Shown here piece by piece: positions 1 to 15,000 of a stretch of 64,000 nucleotides of DNA. The position numbers were made by a program, and so were the translations under genes. The stretch covers positions 12,462,001 through 12,526,000 of the forward strand of contig OZ024741.1 of the NCBI GenBank assembly GCA_964016885.1, written 5' to 3'. Below the pieces are notes generated by a model, which saw nothing but the letters and a program-made list of their open reading frames with translations, was not told where the DNA came from and ran no database searches. The first letter of the stretch is position 1. Every line of letters starts with the position of its first letter. Origin of the DNA: Eledone cirrhosa (Eukaryota).

Positions 1-3000
1 TTTGGGGAGGTATATGACTGTAGGTTTCAGTTAAATATAGTAGTTTGGGGAGGTATATGACTGTTGGTTTAAGTTTGATATAGTAGTTTGGGGAGGTATA
101 TGACTGTAGGTTTCAGTTAGATATAGTAGTTTGGGAGGTATATGACCGTTGGTTTCAGTTTGATATAGTAGTTTGGGGAGGTATATGACTGTAGGTTTCA
201 GTTTGATATAGTAGTTTGGGGAGGTATATGACTGTTGGTTTCAGTTTGATATAATAGTTAGGGGAGGTATATGACAGTTGCTTTCAGTTAGATATAGTAG
301 TTTGGGGAGGTATATGACTGTTGGTTTCAGTTAGATATAGTAGTCTGGGGAGGTATATGACTGTTGGTTTCAGTTAGATATAGTAGTTTGGGGAGGTATA
401 TGACTGTTGGTTTCAGTTAGATATAGTAGTTGGGGAGGTATATGATTGTTGGTTTCAGTTAGATATAGTAGTTTGTGGAGGTATATGACTGTTGGTTTCA
501 GTTTGATATAGTAGTTTGGGGAGGTATATGTCTGTTGGTTTCAGTTTGATATAGTAGTTTGGGGAGGTATATGACCGTTGGTTTCAGTTTGATATAGGAG
601 TTTGGGGAGGTATATGACTGTTGGTTTCAGTTATATATAGTAGTTTGGGGAGGTATATGACTGTTGGATTCAGTTGATATAGTAGTTTGGGGAGGTGTAT
701 GACTGTTGATTTCAGTTATATATAGTAGTTTGGGGAGGTATATGTTTGTTGGTTTCAGTTTGATATAGTAGTTTGGGGAGGTATATGACTGTTGGTTTCA
801 GTTTGATATAGTCGTTTGGGAGGTATATGACTGTTGGTTTCAGTTTGATATAGTCGTTTGGGGAGGTATATGACTGTTGGTTTCAGTTTGATATAGTAGT
901 TTGGGGAGGTATATGACTGTTGGTTTCAGTTAGATATAGTAGTTTGGGGAGGTATATGACTGTTGGTTTCAGTTTGATATAGTAGTTAGGGGAGGTATAT
1001 GACAGTTGCTTTCAGTTAGATATATTAGTTTGGGGAGGTATATGATTGTTGGTTTCAATTAGATATAGTAGTCTGGGGAGGTATATGACTGTTGGTTTCA
1101 GTTAGATATAGTAGTTTGGGGAGGTATATGACTGTTGGTTTCAGTTAGATATAGTAGTTGGGGAGGTATATGATTGTTGGTTTCAGTTAGATATAGTAGT
1201 TTGTGGAGGTATATGACTGTTGGTTTCAGTTTGATATAGTAGTTTGGGGAGGTATATGTCTGTTGGTTTCAGTTTGATATAGTAGTTTGGGCAGGTATAT
1301 GACCGTTGGTTTCAGTTTGATATAGGAGTTTGGGGAGGTATATGACTGTTGGTTTCAGTTATGTATAGTAGTTTGGGGAGGTATATGACTGTTGGATTCA
1401 GTTGATATAGTAGTTTGGGTAGGTATATGACTGTTGATTTCAGTTATATATAGTAGTTTGGGGAGGTATATGTTTGTTGGTTTCAGTTTGATATAGTAGT
1501 TTGGGGAGGTATATGACTGTTGGTTTCAGTTTGATATAGTAGTTTGGGAGGTATATGACTGTTGGTTTCAGTTTGATATAGTCGTTTGGGGAGGTATATG
1601 ACTGTTGGTTTCAGTTTTATATAGTAGTTTGGGGAGGTATATGACTGTTGGTTTCAGTTAGATATAGTAGTTTGGGGAGGTATATGACTGTAGGTTTCAA
1701 TTTGATATAGTAGTTAGGGGAGGTATATGACTGTAGGTTTCAGTTAGATATAATAGTTTGGGGAGGTATATGACTGTTGGTTTCAGTTAGGTATAGTAGT
1801 TTGGGGAGGTATATGACTGTAGGTTTCAGTTAGTTATAGAAGTTTGGGGAGGTATATGACTGTTGGTTTCAATTTGATATAGTAGTTTGGGGAGGTATAT
1901 GACTGTTGGTTTCAGTTTGATATAGTAGTTTGGGGAGGTATATGACTGTTGGTTTCAGTTGATATAGTAGTTTGGGGAGGTATATGACTGTAGGTTTCAG
2001 TTAGTTATAGAAGTTTGGGGAGGTATATGACTGTTGGTTTCAATTTGATATAGTAGTTTGGGGAGGTATATGACTGTTGGTTTCAGTTTGATATAGTAGT
2101 TTGGGGAGGTATATGACTGTTGGTTTGAGTTAGAGATAGTAGTTTGGGGAGGTATATGACCGTTGGTTTCAATTAGATATAGTAGTTTGGGAGGTATATG
2201 ACTGTTGGTTTAAGTTTGATATAGTAGCTTGGGGAGGTATATGACTGTAGGTTTCAGTTTGATATAGTAGTTTGGGGAGGTGTATGACTGTTGGTTTCAG
2301 TTAGATATAGTAGTTTGGGGAGGTATATGACTGTATGTTTCAGTTAGATATAGTAGTTTGGTGAGGTATATGACTGTTGGTTTAAGTTTGATATAGTAGT
2401 TTGGGGAGGTATATGACTGTAGGTTTCAGTTAGATATAGTAGTTTGGGGAGGTATATGACTGTAGGTTTCAGTTTGATATAGTAGTTTGGGGAGGTATAT
2501 GACTGTTGGTTTCAGTTAGATATAGTAGTTTGGGGAGGTATATGACTGTTGGTTTATGTTTGATATAGTAGTTTGGGAGGTATATGACTGTTGGTTTCAG
2601 TTTGATATAGTAGTTTGGGGAGGTACATGACTGTAGGTTTCAGTTTGATATATTAGTTTGGGGAGGTGTATGACTGTTGGTTTCAGTTAGATATATTATT
2701 TTGGGGAGGTATATTACTGTTGGTTTCAGTTAGATATAGTAGTTTGGGGAGGTATATGACTGTTGGTTTAAGTTTGATATAGTAGTTTGGGGAGGTATAT
2801 GACTGTAGGTTTCAGTTAGATTTAGTAGTTTGGGGAGGTATATGACTGTTGGTTTCAGTTAGATATAGTAGTTTGGGGAGGTATATGACTGTTGGTTTCA
2901 GTTAGATATAGTAGTTCGGGGAGGTATATGACTGTTCGTTTCAGTTTGACATAGTAGTTTGGGGAGGTATATGACTGTTGGTTTCAGTTAGATTTAGTAG

Positions 3001-6000
3001 TTTGGGGAGGTATATGACTGTAGGTTTCAGTTTGATATAGTAGTTTGGGGAGGTATATGACTGTTGGTTTGAGTTAAATATAGTTGTTTGGGGAGGTATA
3101 TGACTGTTGGTTTCAATTTGATATAGTAGTTTGGGGAGGTATATGCCTGTTGGTTTCAGTTGATATAGTAGTTTGTGGAGGTATATGACTGTTGGTTTCA
3201 GTTAGATATAGTAGTTTGGGGAGGTATATGACTGTTGGTTTCAGTTAGATATAGTAGTTTGGGGAGGTATATGACTGTTGGTTTGAGTTAAATATAGTAG
3301 TTTGGGGAGGTATATGTCTGTTGGTTTCAGTTGATATAGTAGTTTGGGGAGGTATATGACTGTTGGTGTAAGTTTGATATAGTAGTTTGGGGAGGTATAT
3401 GACTGTTGGTTTCAGTTAGATATAGTAGTTTGGGGAGGTATATGACTGTAGGTTTCAGTTAGATATAGTAGTTTGGGGAGTTATATGATTGTTGGTTTCA
3501 GTTTGATATAGTAGTCTGGGGAGGTATATGACCGTTGGTTTCAATTAGATATAGTAGTTTGGGAGGTATATGACTGTTGGTTTAAGTTTGATATAGTAGT
3601 TGGGGAGGTATATGACTGTTGGTTTCAGTTGCATATAGTAGTTTGTGGAGGTATATGACTGTTGGTTTCAGTTTGATATAGTAGTTTGGGGAGGTATATG
3701 ACTGTTGGTTTCAGTTTGATATAGTAGTTTGGGGAGGTATATGACCGCTGGTTTCAGTTTGATATAGTAGTTTGGGGAGGTATATGACTGTAGGTTTCAG
3801 TTAGATATAGTAGTTTGGGAGGTATATGACTGTTGGTTTCAGTTTGATATAGTAGTTTCGGGAGGTATATGACTGTAGTTTTCAGTTTGATATAGTAGTT
3901 TGGGGAGGTATATGACTGTTGGCTTCAGTTAGATATAGTAGTTTGGGGAGGTATATGACTGTTGGTTTATGTTTGATATAGTAGTTTGGGAGGTATATGA
4001 CTGTTGGTTTCAGTTTGATATAGCAGTTTGGGGAGGTATATGACTGTAGATTTCAGTTTGATATAGTAGTTTGGGGAGGTATATGACTGTTGGTTTCAGT
4101 TAGATATAGTTGTTTGGGGAGGTATATGACTGTTGGTTTAAGTTTGATATAGTAGTTTGGGAGGTATATGACTGTTGGTTTAAGTTTGATATAGCAGTTT
4201 GGGGAGGTATATGACTGTTGGTTTCAGTTAGTTATAGTAGTTTGGGGAGGTATATGAGTGTAGGTTTCAGTTAGATATAGTAGTTTGGGAGGTATATGAC
4301 TGTTGGTTTCAGTTTGATATAGTAGTTTGGGGAGGTATATGACTGTAGGTTTCAGTTTGATATAGTAGTTTGGGGAGGTATATGACTGTTGGTTTCAGTT
4401 TGATATAGTAGTTTGGGGAGGTATATGACTGTTGGTTTCAGTTAGATATAGTAGTTTGGGGAGGTATATGACTGTTGGTTTCAGTTTGATATAGTAGTTA
4501 GGGGAGGTATATGACAGTTGCTTTCAGTTAGATGTAGTAGTTTGGGGAGGTATATGACTCTTGGTTTCAGTTAGATATAGTAGTTTGGGGAGGTATATGA
4601 CTGTTGGTTTCAGTTAGATATAGTAGTTTGGGGAGGTATATGACTGTTGGTTTCAGTTAGATATAGTAGTTGGGGAGGTATATGACTGTTGGTTTCAGTT
4701 GGATATAGTAGTTTGTGGAGGTATATGACTGTTGGTTTCAGTTTGATATAGTAGTTTGGGGAGGTATATGACTGTTGGTTTCAGTTTGATATAGTAGTTT
4801 GGGGAGGTATATGACCGTTGGTTTCAGTTTGATATAGGAGTATGGGGAGGTATATGACTGTTCGTTTCAGTTTGACATAGTAGTTTGGGGAGGTATATAA
4901 CTGTTGGTTTCAGTTAGATTTAGTAGTTTGGGGAGGTATATGACTGTAGGTTTCAGTTAGATATAGTAGTTTGGGGAGGTATATGACTGTTGGTTTTAGT
5001 TTGTTATAGTTGTTTGGGGAGGTATATGACTGTTGGTTTCAATTTGATATAGTAGTTTGGGGAGGTATATGACTGTTGGTTTCAGTTAGATATAGTAGTT
5101 TGGGGATGTATATGACTGTTGGTTTCAGTTAGATATAGTAGTTTGGGGAGGTATATGTCTGTTGGTTTCAGTTGATATAGTAGTTTGGGGAGGTATATGA
5201 CTGTTGGTTTCAGTTAGATATAGTAGTTTGGGGAGGTATATGACTGTAGGTTTCAGTTAGATATAGTAGTTTGGGGAGTTATATGATTGTTGGTTTCAGT
5301 TTGATATAGTAGTCTGGGGAGGTATATGACTATTGGTTTCAGTTTGATATTGTAGTTTGGGCAGGTATATGACCGTTGGTTTCAGTTTGATATAGGAGTA
5401 TGGGGAGGTATATGACTGTTGGTTTCAGTTAGATATAGTAGTTTGGGGAGGTATATGACTGTAGGTTTCAGTTAAATATAGTAGTTTGGGGAGGTATATG
5501 ACTGTTGGTTTAAGTTTGATATAGTAGTTTGGGGAGGTATATGACTGTAGGTTTCAGTTAGATATAGTAGTTTGGGAGGTATATGACCGTTGGTTTCAGT
5601 TTGATATAGTAGTTTGGGGAGGTATATGACTGTAGGTTTCAGTTTGATATAGTAGTTTGGGGAGGTATATGACTGTTGGTTTCAGTTAGATATAGTAGTT
5701 TGGGGAGGTATATGACTGTTGGTTTATGTTTGATATAGTAGTTTGGGAGGTATATGACTGTTGGTTTCAGTTTGATATAGTAGTTTGGGGAGGTATATGA
5801 CTGTAGGTTTCAGTTTGATATAGTAGTTTGGGGAGGTATATGACTGTTGGTTTCAGTTAGATATAGTTGTTTGGGGAGGTATATGACTGTTGGTTTATGT
5901 TTGATATAGTAGTTTGGGGAGGTATATGACTGTAGGTTTCAGTTAGATATAGTAGTTTGGGAGGTATATGACTGTTGGTTTAAGTTTGATATAGCAGTTT

Positions 6001-9000
6001 GGGGAGGTATATGACTGTTGGTTTCAGTTTGATATAGTAGTTTGGGGAGGTATATGACTGTAGGTTTCAGTTTGATATAGTAGTTTGGGGAGGTATATGA
6101 CTGTTGGTTTCAGTTTGATATAGTAGTTTGGGGAGGTATATGACTGTTGGTTTCAGTTAGATATAGTAGTTTGGGGAGGTATATGACTGTTGGTTTCAGT
6201 TAGATATAGTAGTTTGGGGAGGTATATGACTGTTGGTTTCAGTTTGATATAGTAGTTTGGGGAGGTATATGACAGTTGCTTTCAGTTAGATATAGTAGTT
6301 TGGGGAGGTATATGACTCTTGGTTTCAGTTAGATATAGTAGTTTGGGGAGGTATATGACTGTTGGTTACAGTTAGATATAGTAGTTTGGGGAGGTATATG
6401 ACTGTTGGTTTCAGTTAGATATAGTAGTTGGGGAGGTATATGACTGTTGGTTTCAGTTGGATATAGTAGTTTGTGGAGGTATATGACTGTTGGTTTCAGT
6501 TTGATATAGTAGTTTGGGGAGGTATATGACTGTTGGTTTCAGTTTGATGTAGTAGTTTGGGGAGGTATATGACCGTTGGTTTCAGTTTGATATAGGAGTT
6601 TGGGGAGGTATATGACTGTTGGTTTCAGTTATATATAGTAGTTTGGGGAGGTATATGACTGTTGGATTCAGTTGATATAGTAGTTTGGGGAGGTATATGA
6701 CTGTTGGTTTCAGTTTGATATAGTAGTATGGGGAGGTATATGACTGTTGCTTTCAGTTAGATATATTAGTATGGGGAGGTATATGACTGTAGGTTTCAGT
6801 TAGATATAGTAGTTTGGGGAGTTATATGACTGTAGGTTTCAGTTAGATATAGTAGTTTGGGGAGGTATATGACTGTTGGTTTCAGTTTGATATAGTAGTT
6901 TGGGGAGGTATATGACTGTAGTTTTCAGTTAGATGTAGTAGTTTGGGGAGGTATATGACTGTTGGTTTCAGTTTGATATAGTAGTTTGGGGAGGTATATG
7001 ACTGTAGGTTTCAGTTAGATATAGTAGTTTGGGGAGGTATATGACTGTTGGTTTCACTTTGATATAGTAGTTTGGGGAGGTATATGACTGTTGGTTTCAG
7101 TTTGATATAGTAGTTTGGGGAGGTATATGACAGTTCGTTTCAGTTTGATATAGTAGTTCGGGGAGGTATATGACAGTTCGTTTCAGTTTGATATAGTAGT
7201 TTGGGGAGGTATATGACTGTTGGTTTCAGTTTGATATAGTAGTTTGGGGAGGTATATGACTTTTGGTTTCAGTTAGACATAGTAGTTTGGGGAGGTATAT
7301 GACTGTAGGTTTCAGTTTGATATAGTAGTTTTGGTAGGTATATGACTGTTTGTTTCAGTTTGAAATAGTAATTTGGGGAGGTATATTACTGTTGGTTTCA
7401 GTTTGATATAGTAGTTTGGGGAGGTATATGACTGTTGGTTTCAGTTTGTTATAGTAGTTTGGGGAGGTATATGACTGTTGGTTTCAGTTAGATATAGTAG
7501 TTTGGGGAGGTATATGACTGTAGGTTTCAGTTAGTTATAGTAGTTTGGGGAGGTATATGACTGTAGGTTTCATTTAGTTATAGTAGTTTGGGGAGGTATA
7601 TGACTGTAAGTTTCAGTTAGATATAGTAGTTTGAGGAGGTATATGACTGTTGGTTTCAGTTAGATATAGTAGTTTGGGGAGGTATATGACTGTTGGTTTC
7701 AGTTAGATATAGTAGTTTGGGGAGGTATATGACTGTTGGTTTCAGTTTGATATAGTAGTTTGGGGAGGTATATGACAGTCGGTTTCAGTTTGATATAGTT
7801 GTTTGGGGAGGTATATGACTGTAGGATTCAGTTAGATATAGTAGTTATGGGAGGTATAAAACTGTAGGTTTCAGTTAGATATAGTAGTTTGGGGAGGTAT
7901 ATGACTGTTGGTTTCAATTAGATATAGTAGTTTGGGGAGGTATATGACTGTTGGTTTCAGTTTGATATAGTAGTTTGGGAGGTATATGACTGTTGGTTTC
8001 ATTTAGATATAGTAGTTTGGGGAGGTATATGACTGTAAGTTTCAGTTTGATATAGTAGTTTGGGGAGGTATATGACTGTAGGTTTTAGTTAGATATAGTA
8101 GTTTGGGGAGGTATATGACTGTTGGTTTCAGTTATATATAGTAGTTTGGGGAGGTATATGACTGTTGGTTTCAGTTAGATATAGTAGTTTGGGGAGGTAT
8201 ATGACTGTAGGTTTCAATTTGATATAGTAGTTTGGGGAGGTATATACTGTAGGTTTCAGTTAGATATAGTAGTTTGGGGAGGTATATGACTGTTGGTTTC
8301 AGTTAGATAAAGTAGTTTGGGGAGGTATATGACTGTTGGTTTCAGTTAGAGATAGTAGTTTGGGGAGGTATATGACTGTAGGTTTCTGTTAGATATAGTA
8401 GTTTGGGGAGGTATATGACTGTTGGTTTCAGTTTGATATAGTAGTTTGGGGAGGTATATGACCGTTCGTTTCAGTTTGACATAGTAGTTTGGGGAGGTAT
8501 ATGACTGTTGGTTTCAGTTAGATTTAGTAGTTTGGGGAGGTATATGACTGTAGGTTTCAGTTAGATATAGTAGTTTGGGGAGGTATATGACTGTAGGTTT
8601 TAGTTTGATATAGTAGTTTGGGGTGGTATATGTCTGTTGGTTTCAGTTGATATAGTAGTTTGGGGAGGAATATGACTGTTGGTTTCAGTTAGATATAGTA
8701 GTTTGGGGAGGTATATGACTGTTGGTTTCAGTTAGATATAGTAGTTTGGGGAGGTATATGACTGTTGGTTTCAGTTAGATATAGTAGTTTGGGGAGGTAT
8801 ATGACTGTTGGTTTCAGTTAGATATAGTAGTTTGGGGAGGTATATGACTGTTGGTTTCAGTTTGATATAGTAGTTTGGGGAGGTATATGACTGTAGGATT
8901 CAGTTAGATATAGTAGTTTGGGGAGGTATAAAACTGTAGGTTTCAGTTAGATATAGTAGTTTGGGAGGTATATGACTGTTGGTTTCAGTTAGATATAGTA

Positions 9001-12000
9001 GTCTGGGGAGGTATATGACTGTAAGTTTCAGTTTGATATAGTAGTTTGGGGAGCTATATGACTGTAGGTTTTAGTTAGATATAGTAGTTTGGGGAGGTAT
9101 ATGACTGTAGGTTTCAGTTACATATAGTAGTTTGGGGAGGTATATGACCGTTGGTTTCAGTTAGATATAGTAGTTTGGGGAGGTATATGACTGTAGGTTT
9201 CAGTTAGTTATAGAAGTTTGGGGAGGTATATGACTGTTGGTTTCAATTTGATACAGTAGTTTGGGGAGGTATATGACTGTTGGTTTCAGTTTGATATAGT
9301 AGTTTGGGGAGGTATATGACTGTTGGTTTCAGTTGATATAGTAGTTTGGGGAGGTATATGACTGTAGGTTTCAGTTAGTTATATAAGTTTGGGGTGGTAT
9401 ATGACTGTTGGTTTCAATTTGATATAGTAGTTTGGGGAGGTATATGAGTGTTGGTTTCAGTTTGATATAGTAGTTTGGGGAGGTATATGACTGTTGGTTT
9501 CAGTTCGAGATAGTAGTTTGGGGAGGTATATGACTGTTGGTTTCAGTTTGATATAGTAGTTTGGGGTGGTATATAACTGTTGGTTTCAATTTGATATAGT
9601 AGTTTGGGGAGGTATATGACTGTTGGTTTCAGTTTGATATAATAATTTGGGGAGGTATATGACTGTAGGATTCAGTTAGATATAGTAGTTTGGGGAGGTA
9701 TAAAACTGTAGGTTTCAGTTAGATATAGTAGTTTGGGAGGTATATGACTGTTGGTTTCAGTTAGATATAGTAGTCTGGGGAGGTATATGACTGTAAGTTT
9801 CAGTTTGATATAGTAGTTTGAGGAGCTATATGACTGTAGATTTTAGTTAGATATAGTAGTTTGGGGAGGTATATGACTGTAGGTTTCAGTTACATATAGT
9901 AGTTTGGGGAGGTATATGACCGTTGGTTTCAGTTAGATATAGTAGTTTGGGGAGGTATATGACTGTAGGTTTCAGTTAGTTATAGAAGTTTGGGTGGTAT
10001 ATGACTGTTGGTTTCAATTTGATACACTAGTTTGGGGAGGTATATGACTGTTGGTTTCAGTTTGATATAGTAGTTTGGGGAGGTATATGACTGTTGGTTT
10101 CAGTTGATATAGTAGTTTGGGGAGGTATATGACTGTAGGTTTCAGTTAGTTATATAAGTTTGGAGTGGTATATGACTGTTGGTTCTAGTTTGACATAGTA
10201 GTTTGGGGAGGTATATGACTGTTGGTTTCAATTTGATATAGTAGTTTGGGGAGGTATATGACTGTTGGTTTCAGTTAGATATAGTAGTTTGGGGAGGTAT
10301 ATGACTGTTGGTTTCAGTTAGATATAGTAGTTTGGGGAGGTATATGACTGTTGGTTTCAGTTAGATATAGTAGATTGGGGAGGTATATGTCTGTTGGTTT
10401 CAGTTGATATAGTAGTTTGGGGAAGTATATGACTGTTGGTTTAAGTTTGATATAGTAGTTTGGGGAAGTATATGACTGTTAGTTTCAGTTAGATATAGTA
10501 GTTTGGGGAGTTATATGACTGTTGGTTTCAGTTTGATATAGTAGTTTGGGGAGGTATATGACCGTTGGTTTCAATTAGATATAGTAGTTTGGGAGGTATA
10601 TGACTGTTGGTTTAAGTTTGATATAGTAGTTTGGGGAGGTATATGACTGTAGGTTTCAGTTAGATATAGTAGTTTGGGAGGTATATGACTGTTGGTTTCA
10701 GTTTGATATAGTAGTTTGGGGAGGTATATGACTGTAGGTTTCAGTTTGATATAGTAGATTGGGGAGGTATATGACTGTTGGTTTCAGTTAGATATAGTAG
10801 TTTGGGGAGGTATATGACTGTTGGTTTCAGTTAGATATAGTAGTTTGGGGAGGTATATGACTGTTGGTTTCAGTTAGATATAGTAGTTTGGGGAGGTATA
10901 TGACTGTTGGTTTCAGTTCGATATAGTAGTTTGGGGAGGTATATGACTGTTGGTTTCAGTTTGATATAGTAGTTTGGGGAGTTATATGACTGTTGGTTTC
11001 AGTTTGATATAGTAGTTTGGGGAGGTATATGACTGTAGGATTCAGTTAGATATAGTAGTTTGGGGAGGTATAAAACTGTAGGTTTCAGTTAGATATTGTA
11101 GTTTGGGAGGTATATGACTGTTGGTTTCAGTTAGATATAGTAGTCTGGGGAGGTATATGACTGTAGGTTTTAGTTAGATATAGTAGTTTGGGGAGATATA
11201 TGACTGTTGGTTTCAGTTATATATAGTAGTTTGGGCAGGTATATGACTGTTGGTTTCAGTTAGATATAGTAGTTTGGGGAGGTATATGACAGTAGGTTTC
11301 AATTTGATATAGTAGTTTGGGGAGGTATATACTGTATGTTTCAGTTACATATAGTAGTTTGGGGAGGTATATGACCGTTGGTATCAGTTAGATATAGTAG
11401 TTTGGGGAGGTATATGACTGTAGGTTTCAGTTAGTTATAGAAGTTTGGGGTGGTATATGACTGTTGGTTTCAATTTGATATAGTAGTTTGGGGAGGTATA
11501 TGACTGTTGGTTTCAGTTTGATATAGTAGTTTGGGGAGGTATATGACTGTTGGTTTCAGTTCGAGATAGTAGTTTGGGGAGGTATATGACTGTTCGTTTC
11601 AGTTTGACATAGTAGTTTGGGGAGGTATATGACTGTTGGTTTCAGTTAGATTTAGTAGTTTGGGGAGGTATATGACTGTAGGTTTCAGTTAGATATAGTA
11701 GTTTGGGGAGGTATATGACTGTTGGTTTTAGTTTGACATAGTAGTTTGGGGAGGTATATGACTGTTGGTTTCAATTTGATATAGTAGTTTGGGGAGGTAT
11801 ATGACTGTTGGTTTCAGTTAGATATAGTAGTTTGGGGAGGTATATGACCGTTGGTTTCAGTTAGATATAGTAGTTTGGGGAGGTATATGACTGTTGGTTT
11901 CAGTTAGATATAGTAGTTTGGGGAGGTATATGTCTGTTGGTTTCAGTTGATATAGTAGGTTGGGGAAGTATATGACTGTTGGTTTAAGTTTGATATAGTA

Positions 12001-15000
12001 GTTTGGGGAAGTATATGACTGTTGGTTTCAGTTAGATATAGTAGTTTGGAGAGGTATATGACTGTAGGTTTCAGTTAGATATAGTAGTTTGGTGAGTTAT
12101 ATGATTGTTGGTTTCAGTTTGATATAGTAGTTTGGGGAGGTATATGACCGTTGGTTTCAATTAGATATAGTAGTTTGGGAGGTATATGACTGTTGGTTTA
12201 AGTTTGATATAGTAGTTTGGGGAGGTATATGACTGTAGATTTCAGTTTGATATAGTTGTTTGGGGAGGTGTATGACTGTTGGTTTCAGTTAGATATAGTA
12301 GTTTGGGGAGGTATTTGACTGTAGTTTTCAGTTAGATATAGTAGTTTGGGGAGGTATATGACTGTTGGTTTAAGTTTGATATAGTAGTTTGGGGAGGTAT
12401 ATGACTGTAGGTTTCAGTTAGATATAGTAGTTTGGGAGGTATATGACTGTTGGTTTCAGTTTGATATAGTAGTTTGGGGAGGTATATGACTGTAGGTTTC
12501 AGTTTGATATAGTAGTTTGGGGAGGTATATGACTGTTGGTTTCAGTTGATATAGTAGTTTGGGGAGGTATATGACTGTTGGTTTAAGTTTGATATATTAG
12601 TTTGGGGAAGTATATGACTGTTGGTTTCAGTTAGATATTGTAGTTTGGGGAGGTATATGACTGTAGGTTTCAGTTAGATATAGTAGTTTGGGAGGTATAT
12701 GACTGTTGGTTTCAGTTTGATATAGTAGTTTGGGGAGGTATATGACTGTAGGTTTCAGTTTGATATAGTAGTTTGGGGAGGTATATGACTGTTGGTTTCA
12801 GTTTGATATAGTAGTTTGGGGAGGTATATGACTGTAGGTTTCAGTTTAATATAGTAGTTTGGGGAGGTATATGACTGTTGGTTTCAGTTAGATATAGTTG
12901 TTTGGGGAGGTATATGACTGTTGGTTTAAGTTTGATATAGTAGTTTGGGGAGGTATATGACTGTAGGTTTCAGTTAGATATAGTAGTTTGGGAGGTATAT
13001 GACTGTTGGTTTAAGTTTGATATAGCAGTTTGGGGAGGTATATGACTGTTGGTTTCAGTTAGATATAGTAGTTTGGGGAGGTATATGAGTGTAGGTTTCA
13101 GTTACATATAGTAGTTTGGGAGGTATATGACTGTAGGTTTCAGTTAGATATAGTAGTTTGGGGAGGTATATGACTGTAGGTTTCAGTTTGATATAGTAGT
13201 TTGGGGAGGTATATGACTGTTGGTTTCAGTTAGATATAGTAGTTTGGGGAGGTATATGACTGTTGGTTTCAGTTTGATATAGTAGTTTGGGGAGGTATAT
13301 GACAGTTGCTTTCAGTTAGATATAGTTGTTTCGGGAGGTATATGACTCTTGGTTTCAGTTAGATATAGTAGTTTGGGGAGGTATATGACTGTTGGTTACA
13401 GTTAGATATAGTAGTTTGGGGAGGTATATGACTGTTGGTTTCAGTTAGATATAGTAGTTGGGGAGGTATATGACTGTTGGTTTCAGTTTGATATAGTAGT
13501 TTGGGGAGGTATATGACCGTTGGTTTCAGTTTGATATAGGAGTTTGGGGAGGTATATGACTGTTGGTTTCAGTTATATATAGTAGTTTGGGGAGGTATAT
13601 GACTGTTGGATTCAGTTGATATAGTAGTTTGGGGAGGTATATGACTGTTGGTTTCAGTTTGATATAGTAGTATGGGGAGGTATATGACTGTTGCTTTCAG
13701 TTAGATATATTAGTATGGGGAGGTATATGACTGTAGGTTTCAGTTAGATATAGTAGTTTGGGGAGGTATATGACTGTAGGTTTCAGTTAGATATAGTAGT
13801 TTGGGGAGGTATATGACTGTTGGTTTCAGTTAGATATAGTAGTTGGGGAGGTATATGACTGTTGGTTTCAGTTTGATATAGTAGTTTGGGGAGGTATATG
13901 ACCGTTGGTTTCAGTTTGATATAGGAGTTTGGGGAGGTATATGACTGTTGGTTTCAGTTATATATAGTAGTTTGGGGAGGTATATGACTGTTGGATTCAG
14001 TTGATATAGTAGTTTGGGGAGGTATATGACTGTTGGTTTCAGTTTGATATAGTAGTATGGGGAGGTATATGACTGTTGCTTTCAGTTAGATATATTAGTA
14101 TGGGGAGGTATATGACTGTAGGTTTCAGTTAGATATAGTAGTTTGGGGAGTTATATGACTGTAGGTTTCAGTTAGATATAGTAGTTTGGGGAGGTATATG
14201 ACTGTTGGTTTCAGTTTGATATAGTAGTTTGGGGAGGTATATGACTGTAGTTTTCAGTTAGATGTAGTAGTTTGGGGAGGTATATGACTGTTGGTTTCAG
14301 TTTGATATAGTAGTTTGGGGAGGTATATGACTGTAGGTTTCAGTTAGATATAGTAGTTTGGGGAGGTATATGACTGTTGGTTTCACTTTGATATAGTAGT
14401 TTGGGGAGGTATATGACTGTTGGTTTCAGTTTGATATAGTAGTTTGGGGAGGTATATGACAGTTCGTTTCAGTTTGATATAGTAGTTCGGGGAGGTATAT
14501 GACAGTTCGTTTCAGTTTGATATAGTAGTTTGGGGAGGTATATGACTGTTGGTTTCAGTTTGATATAGTAGTTTGGGGAGGTATATGACTTTTGGTTTCA
14601 GTTAGACATAGTAGTTTGGGGAGGTATATGACTGTAGGTTTCAGTTTGATATAGTAGTTTTGGTAGGTATATGACTGTTTGTTTCAGTTTGAAATAGTAA
14701 TTTGGGGAGGTATATTACTGTTGGTTTCAGTTTGATATAGTAGTTTGGGGAGGTATATGACTGTTGGTTTCAGTTTGTTATAGTAGTTTGGGGAGGTATA
14801 TGACTGTTGGTTTCAGTTAGATATAGTAGTTTGGGGAGGTATATGACTGTAGGTTTCAGTTAGTTATAGTAGTTTGGGGAGGTATATGACTGTAGGTTTC
14901 ATTTAGTTATAGTAGTTTGGGGAGGTATATGACTGTAAGTTTCAGTTAGATATAGTAGTTTGAGGAGGTATATGACTGTTGGTTTCAGTTAGATATAGTA

